From an uncultured bacterium (GTDB lineage Bacteria > Babelota > Babeliae > Babelales > RVW-14), in the NCBI GenBank assembly GCA_963759805.1, contig CAVXAT010000008.1, positions 64,001 through 128,000 on the forward strand: a stretch of DNA of 64,000 bases. The letters run 5' to 3'. Of this stretch, positions 1-9,480 are shown in pieces (the stretch's first letter is position 1; each line of letters begins with the position of its first letter). Below the pieces are notes generated by a model, which was not told the origin of the DNA, did not search any database, and saw only the letters and a program-made list of their open reading frames with translations. The translations under genes were made by a program, and so were the position numbers.

Positions 1-831
1 AACACCTGAACCAACCCATTCAAGCTCAACACCTGCATAAGCAAAAGACTGTACAACAAAATCACGAACGGACACACTTTGTCCAGTCCCGATTACAAAA
101 TCTCCCGGCTTATTTTGCTGCATCATCAGCCACATTGCTTCAATATATTCAGGAGCAAAACCCCAATCACGCTTGGCATTAAGATTTCCAAGATAAAGTT
201 TGGTTTGTCGCTTGAGAAGCATATTTGCAATCGCCATTGTTATTTTGCGAGTCACAAACGTTTCGCCTCGTCTTGGACTCTCGTGATTAAATAAAATTCC
301 ATTGCTTGCAGTAATTCTGTAAGCCTCGCGGTAATTAACGGTTATCCAGTAAGAATAAACTTTGGCTGCGGCGTAGGGGCTACGAGGGTAAAAATTGGTT
401 TCTTCACTTTGAGGAGCCGAAGAAGCGCCAAACATTTCGGACGAAGACGCTTGATAAAATTTTGCATCACTTTTGTATCTGCGAATGGCTTCAAGAACTC
501 TTAAAGTTCCAAGTCCTGTCACATCTCCTGTAAATTCAGGCATTTGAAAGGAGACTTTTACATGGGATTGGGCGCCAAGATTATAAACCTCATCCGGTTG
601 AACTCTTCCAACAATATCGTTAATAACGCTACTATCAAGCAAATCTCCATAGTGTAAAAAAAATCTTGTGTTTAATTCATGTGGATCAACATATATATGA
701 TCAATACGATGCGTATTAAAAGTAGAAGATTTACGGATTATGCCATGAACCTCATAACCCTTGGAAAGAAGAAATTCTGCTAAATAAGAACCGTCCTGTC
801 CTGTTATACCAGTTATAAGTGCTTTTTTCAT
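1..831 (-). CDS. gmd: GDP-mannose 4,6-dehydratase (3' end outside window)
   Basis: Hand translation of the reverse strand from ATG at 831 gives [19 protein letters not shown], then [27 protein letters not shown] and [16 protein letters not shown] motifs; the frame is open to the window edge. Confidence 0.95.
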   Translation of the reverse strand, partial: MKKALITGITGQDGSYLAEFLLSKGYEVHGIIRKSSTFNTHRIDHIYVDPHELNTRFFLHYGDLLDSSVINDIVGRVQPDEVYNLGAQSHVKVSFQMPEFTGDVTGLGTLRVLEAIRRYKSDAKFYQASSSEMFGASSAPQSEETNFYPRSPYAAAKVYSYWITVNYREAYRITASNGILFNHESPRRGETFVTRKITMAIANMLLKRQTKLYLGNLNAKRDWGFAPEYIEAMWLMMQQNKPGDFVIGTGQSVSVRDFVVQSFAYAGVELEWVGSGV

Positions 832-1063
832 TATTCTCTCTCTTTTAATCAACCAAAGTTTTGTCATAACTATTCTGTAAAATTTAACTGAAAAAAAATA
901 AATCTACAAACAATTATCTAAGGCTGATAATATTTTCATTTTTTAGTGCTGGAATTTGGAAAAGTTCTTGAGTATAATTTGACAGGTATAGACGTCTTGC
1001 TAATGCACTCGTAAGATCTATAACGGTTTTAGCGTAAGTCTGCCACCAAAATGAGATCTTTCT

Positions 1064-2809
1064 ATGAATTTTTTACAAAAGCTTTGGGTACTACTTACCT
1101 TGCGAGATAAAAGAAATTTAACAATTCTTTTGTTATCATCGATAGTAGTCTCTATTATCGAGACATTTGCCTTGAGTGCCATTGCAGTTTTTATTTTGTT
1201 AGCAACTAATTTTGATGCCATAAATAAAAATAAATTTTTTTATTATCTTTATAAAGCAAGCGGATGCGTTTCTCCAGTTAATTTTATTATGATGCTAGGT
1301 ATTTTGCTTGCCGTATTTTATCTGCTGCGTGGTGTCATTGCTATTGGACATACCTATCTCATGATCAGGTTTGCTCAAGGACGCTATCAGGATTGGGCGC
1401 AACGAATTTTTAAAGATTATTTACTGTTTCCCTATAAACGATTCGCAAATGAAAATTTATCAAGAATGAACCAAATTCTGTTTGGCTCCGTTGGACAATT
1501 ATCACAGGTAATCAATGGGTTGCTTATCATATCGACTGAATGCTTTACGGTTTTTTGTGTGTATGCAACACTTATGTGGGTTAATTGGAAAATGACCTGT
1601 GTGTTAACATTGTTATTAGCAATAAAAAGTTTTTTGCTTATTAAATTATTTTCGCAAAGCCTGGCACATGCAGGGGTGTTGAGTCGAAAGTATTCAACAG
1701 AAGCATCAAAGACATTTCTAGATTCCTTTGGTAATTACAAAATGCTTAAACTTCTTTCATCTAATGCTCCGGTAATTAATCGCTTTGTGGCTTCTACCAA
1801 AGGTGTTGCGCGGGCCAATGTATTAAATACAACATTGCAGGGCGCCCCGCGCTTTATTCTTGAAACAATTGGTTTTTTTATTTTGGTAGGCATCATTCTG
1901 TACGTTATTTACATGTATCATAGTGCATCATCAGTTCTTTCTATCGTTTCCCTTTATGCTTTAGCTTTTTATCGGCTGCTGCCATCAGTAAATAAAATTT
2001 TATCTGGGTACAATCAGATAGTGTTTTCTAAATATGCTGTCCATGATATCTATGATTTTCTTGGCATGCAACAAGAGAAATTGGGCAGTAATCCGGTTTT
2101 ATTTACAGGGACAATATCTTTGCAACAGGTTTGGTTTGGGTATCTTGATAACAAACCGGTACTTAAAGACGTCAATATGACTATAAACAAAGGCGAACGT
2201 ATTGCTTTTGTTGGTGAAAGTGGCGTGGGCAAAAGTACAATAGCTGATATTCTCATGGGATTGTACACGCCAAACTCCGGAACAATACTTATTGATGGGG
2301 TTGCATTAACCGAAGCCAATCTCAAGGCATGGCGCAGCAAAATAGGGTATGTTCCGCAAAACATTTATCTGTTTGATGGCACAGTTGCAGACAATGTTGT
2401 TTTTGGTCGAAGCTATGATGAGGCTAAGCTTATCAGTGCATTAAAGCGTGCGCGTATTTATGATGATTTGCTAACCAAGGACGGTCTTGACACACGGGCT
2501 GGCGATATGGGCATTATGATAAGCGGTGGACAAAAACAGCGAATAGCATTGGCTCGTGCTCTTTACGAAAATCCAGAGGTTTTGGTTTTTGATGAAGCAA
2601 CGTCAGCACTTGACCATGAAACCGAAAGTAAAATTATGGACGAAATTTATAGTATTGATAAAAACACAACGTTGATTATTATTGCACATCGTTTGACATC
2701 CATTGAGCGTTGTGAAAAAATTTACAAAATAGAAAAAGGACACGTGATTTCTATTGATAATGTGCACGTATTGTATAAGAAACCAAAAGGACATGCAGCC
2801 GCTTGTTGA
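1064..2809 (+). CDS. ABC transporter, fused permease/ATPase (PglK/MsbA-like, probable glycan flippase)
   Basis: N-terminal TM helices; Walker A GESGVGKS, signature ISGGQKQR, Walker [12 protein letters not shown]; lies in a glycosyltransferase cluster. Confidence 0.9.
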   Translation: MNFLQKLWVLLTLRDKRNLTILLLSSIVVSIIETFALSAIAVFILLATNFDAINKNKFFYYLYKASGCVSPVNFIMMLGILLAVFYLLRGVIAIGHTYLMIRFAQGRYQDWAQRIFKDYLLFPYKRFANENLSRMNQILFGSVGQLSQVINGLLIISTECFTVFCVYATLMWVNWKMTCVLTLLLAIKSFLLIKLFSQSLAHAGVLSRKYSTEASKTFLDSFGNYKMLKLLSSNAPVINRFVASTKGVARANVLNTTLQGAPRFILETIGFFILVGIILYVIYMYHSASSVLSIVSLYALAFYRLLPSVNKILSGYNQIVFSKYAVHDIYDFLGMQQEKLGSNPVLFTGTISLQQVWFGYLDNKPVLKDVNMTINKGERIAFVGESGVGKSTIADILMGLYTPNSGTILIDGVALTEANLKAWRSKIGYVPQNIYLFDGTVADNVVFGRSYDEAKLISALKRARIYDDLLTKDGLDTRAGDMGIMISGGQKQRIALARALYENPEVLVFDEATSALDHETESKIMDEIYSIDKNTTLIIIAHRLTSIERCEKIYKIEKGHVISIDNVHVLYKKPKGHAAAC

Positions 2810-2816
2810 AACCATT

Positions 2817-3786
2817 ATGATCATAGAAAACAAAAAGATAGAAAACAAAAAAGTTTTAGTAACAGGCGGAGCCGGATTTCTTGGAAGCAACCTATGCCGC
2901 AAGCTTCTTGAATTTGGGCACCAAGTCACAGCTCTTGATAATTTGAGCACAGGCCGGCTGGAGAATATCCAAGATTTAACACAGAACAAAAATTTTAAGT
3001 TTATTAAGCATGATGTAATTTATTCAATCAATTTAGATATCGATTGGATATTTAATTTTGCATGTCCTGCATCACCACCTGCATATCAAAAAGATCCAAT
3101 TCATACAATTAAAACAAGTTTTTTGGGAATGCTAAACATGCTTGAGCTCGCCAAAAAAAATAATGCCCGAATTATGCAAGCATCAACAAGTGAAGTTTAT
3201 GGCGATCCGGAGGAGCATCCTCAGAAAGAAACTTATTGGGGACATGTAAATCCAATCGGAATCAGATCATGTTATGATGAAGGTAAACGTAGTGCCGAGT
3301 CACTGATTTTTGATTATCACAGAACACATGAAACTGATATAAAAGTTATCAGAATATTTAATACTTACGGTCCGTGGGATGGATCCAATGGATGGTCGAG
3401 TTGTAAGTAATTTTATAATTCAGGCATTAAACAATCAGCCAATAACCATGTATGGTGATGGCACACAGACAAGGTCATTCTGTTATGTTGATGATCTTAT
3501 AAATGGAATCATAAAAATGATGCAGACGGATTATGGCATCACAGGCCCTGTAAATTTGGGTAATCCAAAAGAATTTACACTGCTTGAGTTAGCAGAAAAA
3601 GTTTTAGCTCTGACCAAAAGTAAATCAAAAATAGTATTCGAATCGCTGCCTCAGGATGACCCAAAGCGTCGTCGCCCGGACATAACACTAGCAAAACGGT
3701 TATTAAATTGGGAACCAGAGATTTCACTTGAGATGGGGTTAGAAAAAACGATCGAGTATTTTGAAAGAATATCGGCAAGCATGTAA
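2817..3786 (+). CDS. uxs: UDP-glucuronic acid decarboxylase (UDP-xylose synthase, SDR family), split by a +1 frameshift at ~3375
   Basis: [34 protein letters not shown] and RIFNTYGP in one frame, continuing as [17 protein letters not shown] and [10 protein letters not shown] in the next frame; one extra base in CCG-T-GGG-ATG. Confidence 0.9.
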
Positions 3787-3830
3787 GCCACGATAGCCTG
3801 CATTGGCGTACTTTCTTTGAACTCAAAACA

Positions 3831-3839
3831 TGCTATAAT
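3831..3839 (+). promoter_or_regulatory. Extended -10 promoter element (TGnTATAAT) for the AAA-ATPase gene
   Basis: tgctataat about 50 nt upstream of the AGGAG RBS and ATG 3889. Confidence 0.45.
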
Positions 3840-3888
3840 CAAACCATGTCTTGAAAAAAACCTTATTTTTTGGGTAGGAGTGACGAAA

Positions 3889-5493
3889 ATGAAAAGTTTG
3901 CCGATTGGACAACAGTCAATTGAAAAAATAATAAAAAATGACTATGCATACGTTGATAAAACGGGAATCCTTCACGAGTTAATAAAAAAACCGGGCTATT
4001 ACTTTTTTTCTCGCCCACGTCGCTTTGGTAAGTCACTGACCTGCTCGACACTAGAGGCAATCTTTCAGGGGCGCAAGGAGTTATTTGATGGCCTTGCGAT
4101 AAGCAAGACGAATTATGACTGGAAAAAGTATCCGGTGGTCAGATTGGATTTCAGTGAGATTGATTACGAAAGCCCAACGGTATTTACACAATCAATGCTT
4201 GAGACTTTGGATAAAATTGCTGAAAACTATCGTGTAAAAATAAAAAGTAAGATTTTAAAAAACGCGTTTAAAGATCTTGTTGTTGATATTGCAAAAAAGC
4301 ATGGTCCCGTGGCAATTATTATCGATGAGTACGACAAACCCATTCTTGATCATATTCACGACACTGATATGGCTATAAAAATGAGAACAGCTCTTAAGAG
4401 TTTTTATGGAGTTTTAAAGGGGAAAGATATTGAAGCCAATCTACGGTTTTTATTTCTTACGGGTGTCAGTAAATTTTCAAAAGTTTCAATATTTTCAGAA
4501 TTAAATAACCTGCAGGACCTAACATTAGATGAGCGGGCTGCGACTTTGTGCGGATATACGCAGAAAGAACTGGAGCTTGTCTTTGATAAACATATCCAGC
4601 AGCTTGCCACACATATGTGCAAAAATAAAAAAGATACGCTAACCGATCTGAAGTATTGGTATAATGGATTCAAATTCAGCAAAAATGGTGCTACCGTTTA
4701 CAATCCTTTTTCAATTTTAAACTGCCTTGAAAAAAAGGACTTTGCAAACTACTGGTTCTCAAGTGGAACGCCAACTTTTATCCTGAAATTCATTGAAAAA
4801 AATCCGGCCAAGGTTGAAGAGATAATTATGCTCGAGGCAGAGCGGATCACCGTTGGTCAGATGGAAAAACTCTCTGTGGAACGCTATTTTCAAGATATGG
4901 TTTTATTATTTTTGCAGACAGGATATTTAACAATCGCCGGGTACAATGAAAAATCACAAATTTATCAGCTTTCGTACCCGAATTATGAGGTGCGCCTCTC
5001 AATGACAGACCAAATTTTGGAGTTCATTGCAAACCTGAATCCTGTTAAACTGTCCGATTTTGTTGTTCGCTTTAAAAATGCATTACAAGTCGATGATATT
5101 AATGCCTTCTGCCTTGCCATGAAAGACTTTTTCGTTATAATACCACACACCGTAATCATTAATTTAGAGAAATACTATCACGGTATATTCTTCACCATTA
5201 CCAAACTGGTCGGAGCAAAAATTACAATCGAAGATGCTACGAATATTGGCTTTATCGATGCCATGCTTGAGGGCAAAAATAACACGTATATTATTGAATT
5301 CAAAAGAGATAAGACTCCTGATAAAGCACTAAAACAAATTGAAAACAAAAAATATTTTGAGAAGTTTCAGATTGAAGGTGATAAGCCGGCTGTTCTTGTC
5401 GGCATGAACTTTGATTACTCCAAAAAGGGCAAAGGCGTAACACTGAATTGGAAAATCAAAAGTAAAAAAGCTAAAATTAGCAAAAAAAGTTAA
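3889..5493 (+). CDS. AAA-ATPase-like protein with C-terminal PD-(D/E)XK nuclease domain
   Basis: LPIGQQS..YVDKT, FFSRPRRFGKSL, IIIDEYDKP, FLTGVSKFSK, WYNGF, YNPFS, YWFSSGTP, YPNYEV; C-terminal GFIDAML..YIIEFK..ALKQI; AGGAG precedes ATG 3889. Confidence 0.9.
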   Translation: MKSLPIGQQSIEKIIKNDYAYVDKTGILHELIKKPGYYFFSRPRRFGKSLTCSTLEAIFQGRKELFDGLAISKTNYDWKKYPVVRLDFSEIDYESPTVFTQSMLETLDKIAENYRVKIKSKILKNAFKDLVVDIAKKHGPVAIIIDEYDKPILDHIHDTDMAIKMRTALKSFYGVLKGKDIEANLRFLFLTGVSKFSKVSIFSELNNLQDLTLDERAATLCGYTQKELELVFDKHIQQLATHMCKNKKDTLTDLKYWYNGFKFSKNGATVYNPFSILNCLEKKDFANYWFSSGTPTFILKFIEKNPAKVEEIIMLEAERITVGQMEKLSVERYFQDMVLLFLQTGYLTIAGYNEKSQIYQLSYPNYEVRLSMTDQILEFIANLNPVKLSDFVVRFKNALQVDDINAFCLAMKDFFVIIPHTVIINLEKYYHGIFFTITKLVGAKITIEDATNIGFIDAMLEGKNNTYIIEFKRDKTPDKALKQIENKKYFEKFQIEGDKPAVLVGMNFDYSKKGKGVTLNWKIKSKKAKISKKS

Positions 5494-5534
5494 TCGCCAA
5501 AAATGGAAAAAACATTAGGTCTCTTTCGAAATTT

Positions 5535-5692
5535 AGCCCGCCGCCCTTCCGCCTTCGTTAAAACTACGGCGGACAAGACGGGCGATGGTTCGACCCTTCG
5601 ACAAAGCTCAGGGCAGGCCTTCGAACCGACAGTGCCTTTAGTGCTGAGGAGCGAGTCCGACGAGCGTCTCGAAGCATCACCACGAGCGGGCT
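5535..5692. repeat. Nested cluster of REP-like palindromes
   Basis: GC-rich island with outer agcccgc/gcgggct arms; inner imperfect hairpins tccgccttcg-ttaaaa-ctacggcgga, cccttcgacaaagctcaggg and tgctgagga..tctcgaagca. Confidence 0.75.
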
Positions 5693-5732
5693 TGGTAGAT
5701 TTGCTTTGTCTCGGGAAAAGGTCTATTAAATC

Positions 5733-6935
5733 ATGAAAGTTGTAGTTTCTGCTGGCGGTCGATTCCATGCAATCAATCTTGCGCAACAACTAAATCAGAA
5801 GCACTGCTTACGCAGGTTATATTCTTTCAGTTTTGACAGCGCAGATGGGTGTAAAATAGACAAAAACTTAGTTAACACAATCAATTCATGCAAGTTTTTG
5901 GATCTAGCCTTTCAAAAGCTCAGGCTTTCACATTTTATTAATCCATCTGTTTTCAATGCATTTAAAGATAATTTGTTTGATTCTCTGGTTGCTTGCGAAA
6001 TTAAAAAACTTGAACAAATTGATATTTTTACCGGCTGGGCAAATTACTCTCTAAAAAGCCTTGATCTAGCCAAAAAAATTGGGGCTAAAACTATAATCGA
6101 ATCAGGTTCATGCCATATCAAAGAACAGCAGATACTATTATCACAAGAATATGAAAAATGGGGGATAAAGCGTAATCCAGTGTATCAAGCAACGGTAAAT
6201 AAAATGACCGAAGAATACGAAAACACTGATTTTATCATGACACTTTCGGATTTTTCTTACCAAAGCTTTATCAGGCAAGGGATTAATCCCAAGAAAATTT
6301 TGAAGACCCCGTGCGGCGTTGACGTCGATTTTTTTCAACAACCATTTATTCCCGGGTTTGATAAGCCACAAAGCTTTCTTGCCACAACAAAAAAATTTAG
6401 AGTAATTTTTGTTGGCATGATCAGCCTGCGCAAGGGCATATCATATTTAATTGAGGCTTGGAATAAGTTAAATCTCCCAGAAAACTCAACAGAGTTAATT
6501 CTTGTTGGGAATATACAAAAAGACATGTATCAGGTTTTGAAAAAACTAAAGATCAAAAAAAATATTAACTTCTTTGGATCTTGCAGCAGAGATGATTTAA
6601 AAAAACTTTATTTGGAGTCTGATGCCTTCGTTTTGCCATCTGTTGAAGATGGGTTTGGCATGGTGATAGGGGAAGCCATGGCATGCGGGCTGCCTGTTAT
6701 TTGCTCAAAAAACACGGGCGCAAGCGACATTATCCAAGACGGCAAACATGGTTTTTTGGTGCAAGCGCAGAACTCTGAAGCTTTGGCTGAAAAAATTTTA
6801 TGGTGTTATCAAAATCCGGAGCTAAGCAAAGTAATGGGAGCATCGGGTAAAAATAAAATTCTTGATTTTAGCTGGAATAATTACGGGAACAATATTTTTG
6901 AAATTTATCAGAATATCATGCGGGGCAGTCTGTGA
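5733..6935 (+). CDS. Glycosyltransferase family 4 (GT-B)
   Basis: IFVGMISLRKG and FVLPSVEDGFGMVIGEAMACGLPVI (EX7E-type motif). Confidence 0.9.
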   Translation: MKVVVSAGGRFHAINLAQQLNQKHCLRRLYSFSFDSADGCKIDKNLVNTINSCKFLDLAFQKLRLSHFINPSVFNAFKDNLFDSLVACEIKKLEQIDIFTGWANYSLKSLDLAKKIGAKTIIESGSCHIKEQQILLSQEYEKWGIKRNPVYQATVNKMTEEYENTDFIMTLSDFSYQSFIRQGINPKKILKTPCGVDVDFFQQPFIPGFDKPQSFLATTKKFRVIFVGMISLRKGISYLIEAWNKLNLPENSTELILVGNIQKDMYQVLKKLKIKKNINFFGSCSRDDLKKLYLESDAFVLPSVEDGFGMVIGEAMACGLPVICSKNTGASDIIQDGKHGFLVQAQNSEALAEKILWCYQNPELSKVMGASGKNKILDFSWNNYGNNIFEIYQNIMRGSL

Positions 6936-8071
6936 GCATAAAAAAAGTACTGTTAGTTGGCAACTTTAATGATAATCCTAAAATTTACACTTACGCCTCA
7001 TCGTTTTATAAAGCGATGCAAAATTTGGGGCTAATTGTCGAGAAGTTTAATTATAAAAATTCAAGATTTAACAGGCCAATATTCGGGAAATATTTATTAA
7101 ACTATTTATTATTAAGAACAGTAAAAAGTTTTGAGCCTGATCTGATTTTTATGCTTAAGGCTGAAAATATTTCGCCACAAACATTAAACAAAATTAAACG
7201 CAATAGAATAAAACAAAACAAAGATATCAAGATAATTAATTTTTATCCTGACAATCCATTTACATTTTGGAATGGAAATTCAAATGCTAACGTGCTACTT
7301 TCTCTCCCATTTTATGATCTGTTTTTAATATGGTCACACCAACTTATTCCGATACTTTATTCGGCAGGAGCCAAAAACGTACGCTACTTCCCATTTGGCT
7401 TCGATAAAGACATATTTTCTCAGGAGATAAAAATTACAGATAACGATATTAATTCCTACCAATCAGACGTATGTTTTGTTGGGACCTGGGACCCGGAGCG
7501 TGAAGCCCTGTTAACGCATCTTATGAATAAAATGCCTACGCTCAAGCTGGCGATCTGGGGCAACCGATGGAATGAAAATTTGCCACAAAACTCAATATTA
7601 AAAACATATTTGAAAGGTTGTGCAATTTATGGTATCGATATGATAAAGGCTTTTCGGCTTTCAAATATCGTCTTAAATTTTATAAGAAAGCAGAACTTGG
7701 ATGCCCACAATATGCGTTCAATCGAGGTTGCAGCATGCAAGTCTTTTTTGCTGACCCAAAGAACAACAGAACAGGCCGAACTGCTTTTTAAAGAGGGTGT
7801 AAGTATCGAGTGTTTTGATGGCATTAATGATTTAACAAATAAGATAAATTTTTATTTATCAAATCGAAGTGCACGAGACAAAATTACTCAAGCTGGATAT
7901 ATAGCCACTCAAAAATATTTGCTAGAGAGTTTACTTTTAGAGACTTTAAAAAATTTTTTTGAAATTAAAACTTACGGATTTATGAAAAAAAGCACATCAT
8001 ATAATAACCTATCAGAAGTAAAATTATCGTATTTAAAGAAAGTTTTACAAGGGCAATCAATCAATGACTAG
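6932..8071 (+). CDS. CgeB-like glycosyltransferase (GT-B)
   Basis: DVCFVGTW..ER, AIWGNRW, IVLNF..NMRSIEVAACKSFLLT; GTG start overlaps the previous stop codon. Confidence 0.8.
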   Translation: MSIKKVLLVGNFNDNPKIYTYASSFYKAMQNLGLIVEKFNYKNSRFNRPIFGKYLLNYLLLRTVKSFEPDLIFMLKAENISPQTLNKIKRNRIKQNKDIKIINFYPDNPFTFWNGNSNANVLLSLPFYDLFLIWSHQLIPILYSAGAKNVRYFPFGFDKDIFSQEIKITDNDINSYQSDVCFVGTWDPEREALLTHLMNKMPTLKLAIWGNRWNENLPQNSILKTYLKGCAIYGIDMIKAFRLSNIVLNFIRKQNLDAHNMRSIEVAACKSFLLTQRTTEQAELLFKEGVSIECFDGINDLTNKINFYLSNRSARDKITQAGYIATQKYLLESLLLETLKNFFEIKTYGFMKKSTSYNNLSEVKLSYLKKVLQGQSIND

Positions 8072-9392
8072 CCAGCCAGAATTCCAAGAAAATTCCCCCA
8101 AAAATATTATGTATAAAAGCAATTTTATTAAAAAACCAAAGATTGCAATTCTTTCATTAAAAAACAGTTATGGGTATGGTGGAGTGTTATCCTCTCTTAA
8201 AGTCGCCCATGATTTCTGTGAAAAATATTTCGATCCCACCGTATTTTTTCTTGGATTTGAGCCTACAATTTCAACAAGTCTAAAAAAACTAAAATTCACT
8301 TCAAATGTACAAAATTTGAATTACTGTGGAATGAAATGTGTAGAAATCGGGTCGAGATGGGCTTTTTGGGAACCCGGTCATTATAAATTTAATTTAAAGT
8401 TTTGGAAAGAACAGCTCGAGGGGTATGATTATTTTTTGGCTGTCAGTGGAACATGTATCTGTGCACACCCTCTTATGCTTTTAAACAAAAAATTTGGGAT
8501 GCTCATCTCAACTCCTTATAAGGAAGACAGGGCAAGACGTGTTGATGAGCTTCGCGGAATAAGATATTTAATAGACAGGGTAGCCAATATAAAAATGCAA
8601 ACTATTGAGAAGCAAATTCTTGAAAGCTCTAACTTTATCTGGGCATTAAGTAATTATTCAAAAAGAGAATTTGAAAAAATAATATCAAAACCAACGTCTA
8701 AAATTATATGCTGCGGACATCCGATTGATTGTAATTCATTGCCTAAGCTCAACATAAAAGAGGAAAATGTAATTATAGCAGTTGGTCGATTTAGTGATCC
8801 AAGAAAAAATATTGATATGCTTTTACGAGTATTTGGCAAAATATGCAGATCCATGCCAAACGTAAAATTATATGTGGTTGGTAACGCACCTGAGCACAAC
8901 AAAATAAAGCATTTCGCCAAACTTCCATTTTTTCAAAATGTAATATTCACCGGACAGGTCAGTGCAAGAGATCTTGAATCTCTTTATCAACGAGCCTCTT
9001 TAATGCTTCTAACATCATACCAAGAAGGATTTGGCATCGTAGGTCTAGAGGCACTTTTGCATGGAATTCCAATTGTTGCAACAAATTGCGGCGGGCCGGC
9101 AGATTATACAGTCAATGGTTTGACCGGATACCTTGTTGAGATAAACGACGATGAGGAAATGGTCAAAAAAACCATAGCTATTTTATCCGATAAAGAAAAA
9201 CTTTGTCTAATGTCTTCAAATTCGCAAAAATTTGTTGTGGAAAATTACTCAATTGACATAGTTGAGAATTTTTTCAAATGTGGTTTTATCAAAATTTACC
9301 CGGAGCTTAAGAAAATCTTTGATTCAGTCGATAGTGACACAAAGTTTTTTCCAAAATCGAGCAATATTCAATTAAAAAACATTTTGTTATGA
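8064..9392 (+). CDS. Glycosyltransferase family 4 (GT-B)
   Basis: IAVGRFSDPRKN and TSYQEGFGIVGLEALLHGIPIVATNCGGP. Confidence 0.9.
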   Translation: MTSQPEFQENSPKNIMYKSNFIKKPKIAILSLKNSYGYGGVLSSLKVAHDFCEKYFDPTVFFLGFEPTISTSLKKLKFTSNVQNLNYCGMKCVEIGSRWAFWEPGHYKFNLKFWKEQLEGYDYFLAVSGTCICAHPLMLLNKKFGMLISTPYKEDRARRVDELRGIRYLIDRVANIKMQTIEKQILESSNFIWALSNYSKREFEKIISKPTSKIICCGHPIDCNSLPKLNIKEENVIIAVGRFSDPRKNIDMLLRVFGKICRSMPNVKLYVVGNAPEHNKIKHFAKLPFFQNVIFTGQVSARDLESLYQRASLMLLTSYQEGFGIVGLEALLHGIPIVATNCGGPADYTVNGLTGYLVEINDDEEMVKKTIAILSDKEKLCLMSSNSQKFVVENYSIDIVENFFKCGFIKIYPELKKIFDSVDSDTKFFPKSSNIQLKNILL

Positions 9393-9480
9393 AATACTTT
9401 CAATTAGCGTAACAATTTGCTTGTATAATAAGTAAATGGATGATGAGATAGTATTGTTTTATAAAAAAAGGGAATGTACA

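Noticed and set aside
5490..5789. ORFs 5490-5789(-) and 5503-5736(+)
   Set aside because: They are translations of the REP cluster (STLRQSSGQA, ACPELCRRV), not credible proteins
6340..6385. Possible decayed in-frame REP in the glycosyltransferase (FIPGFDKPQS)
   Set aside because: Only faint similarity to the ttcgacaagctca motif and no clear hairpin
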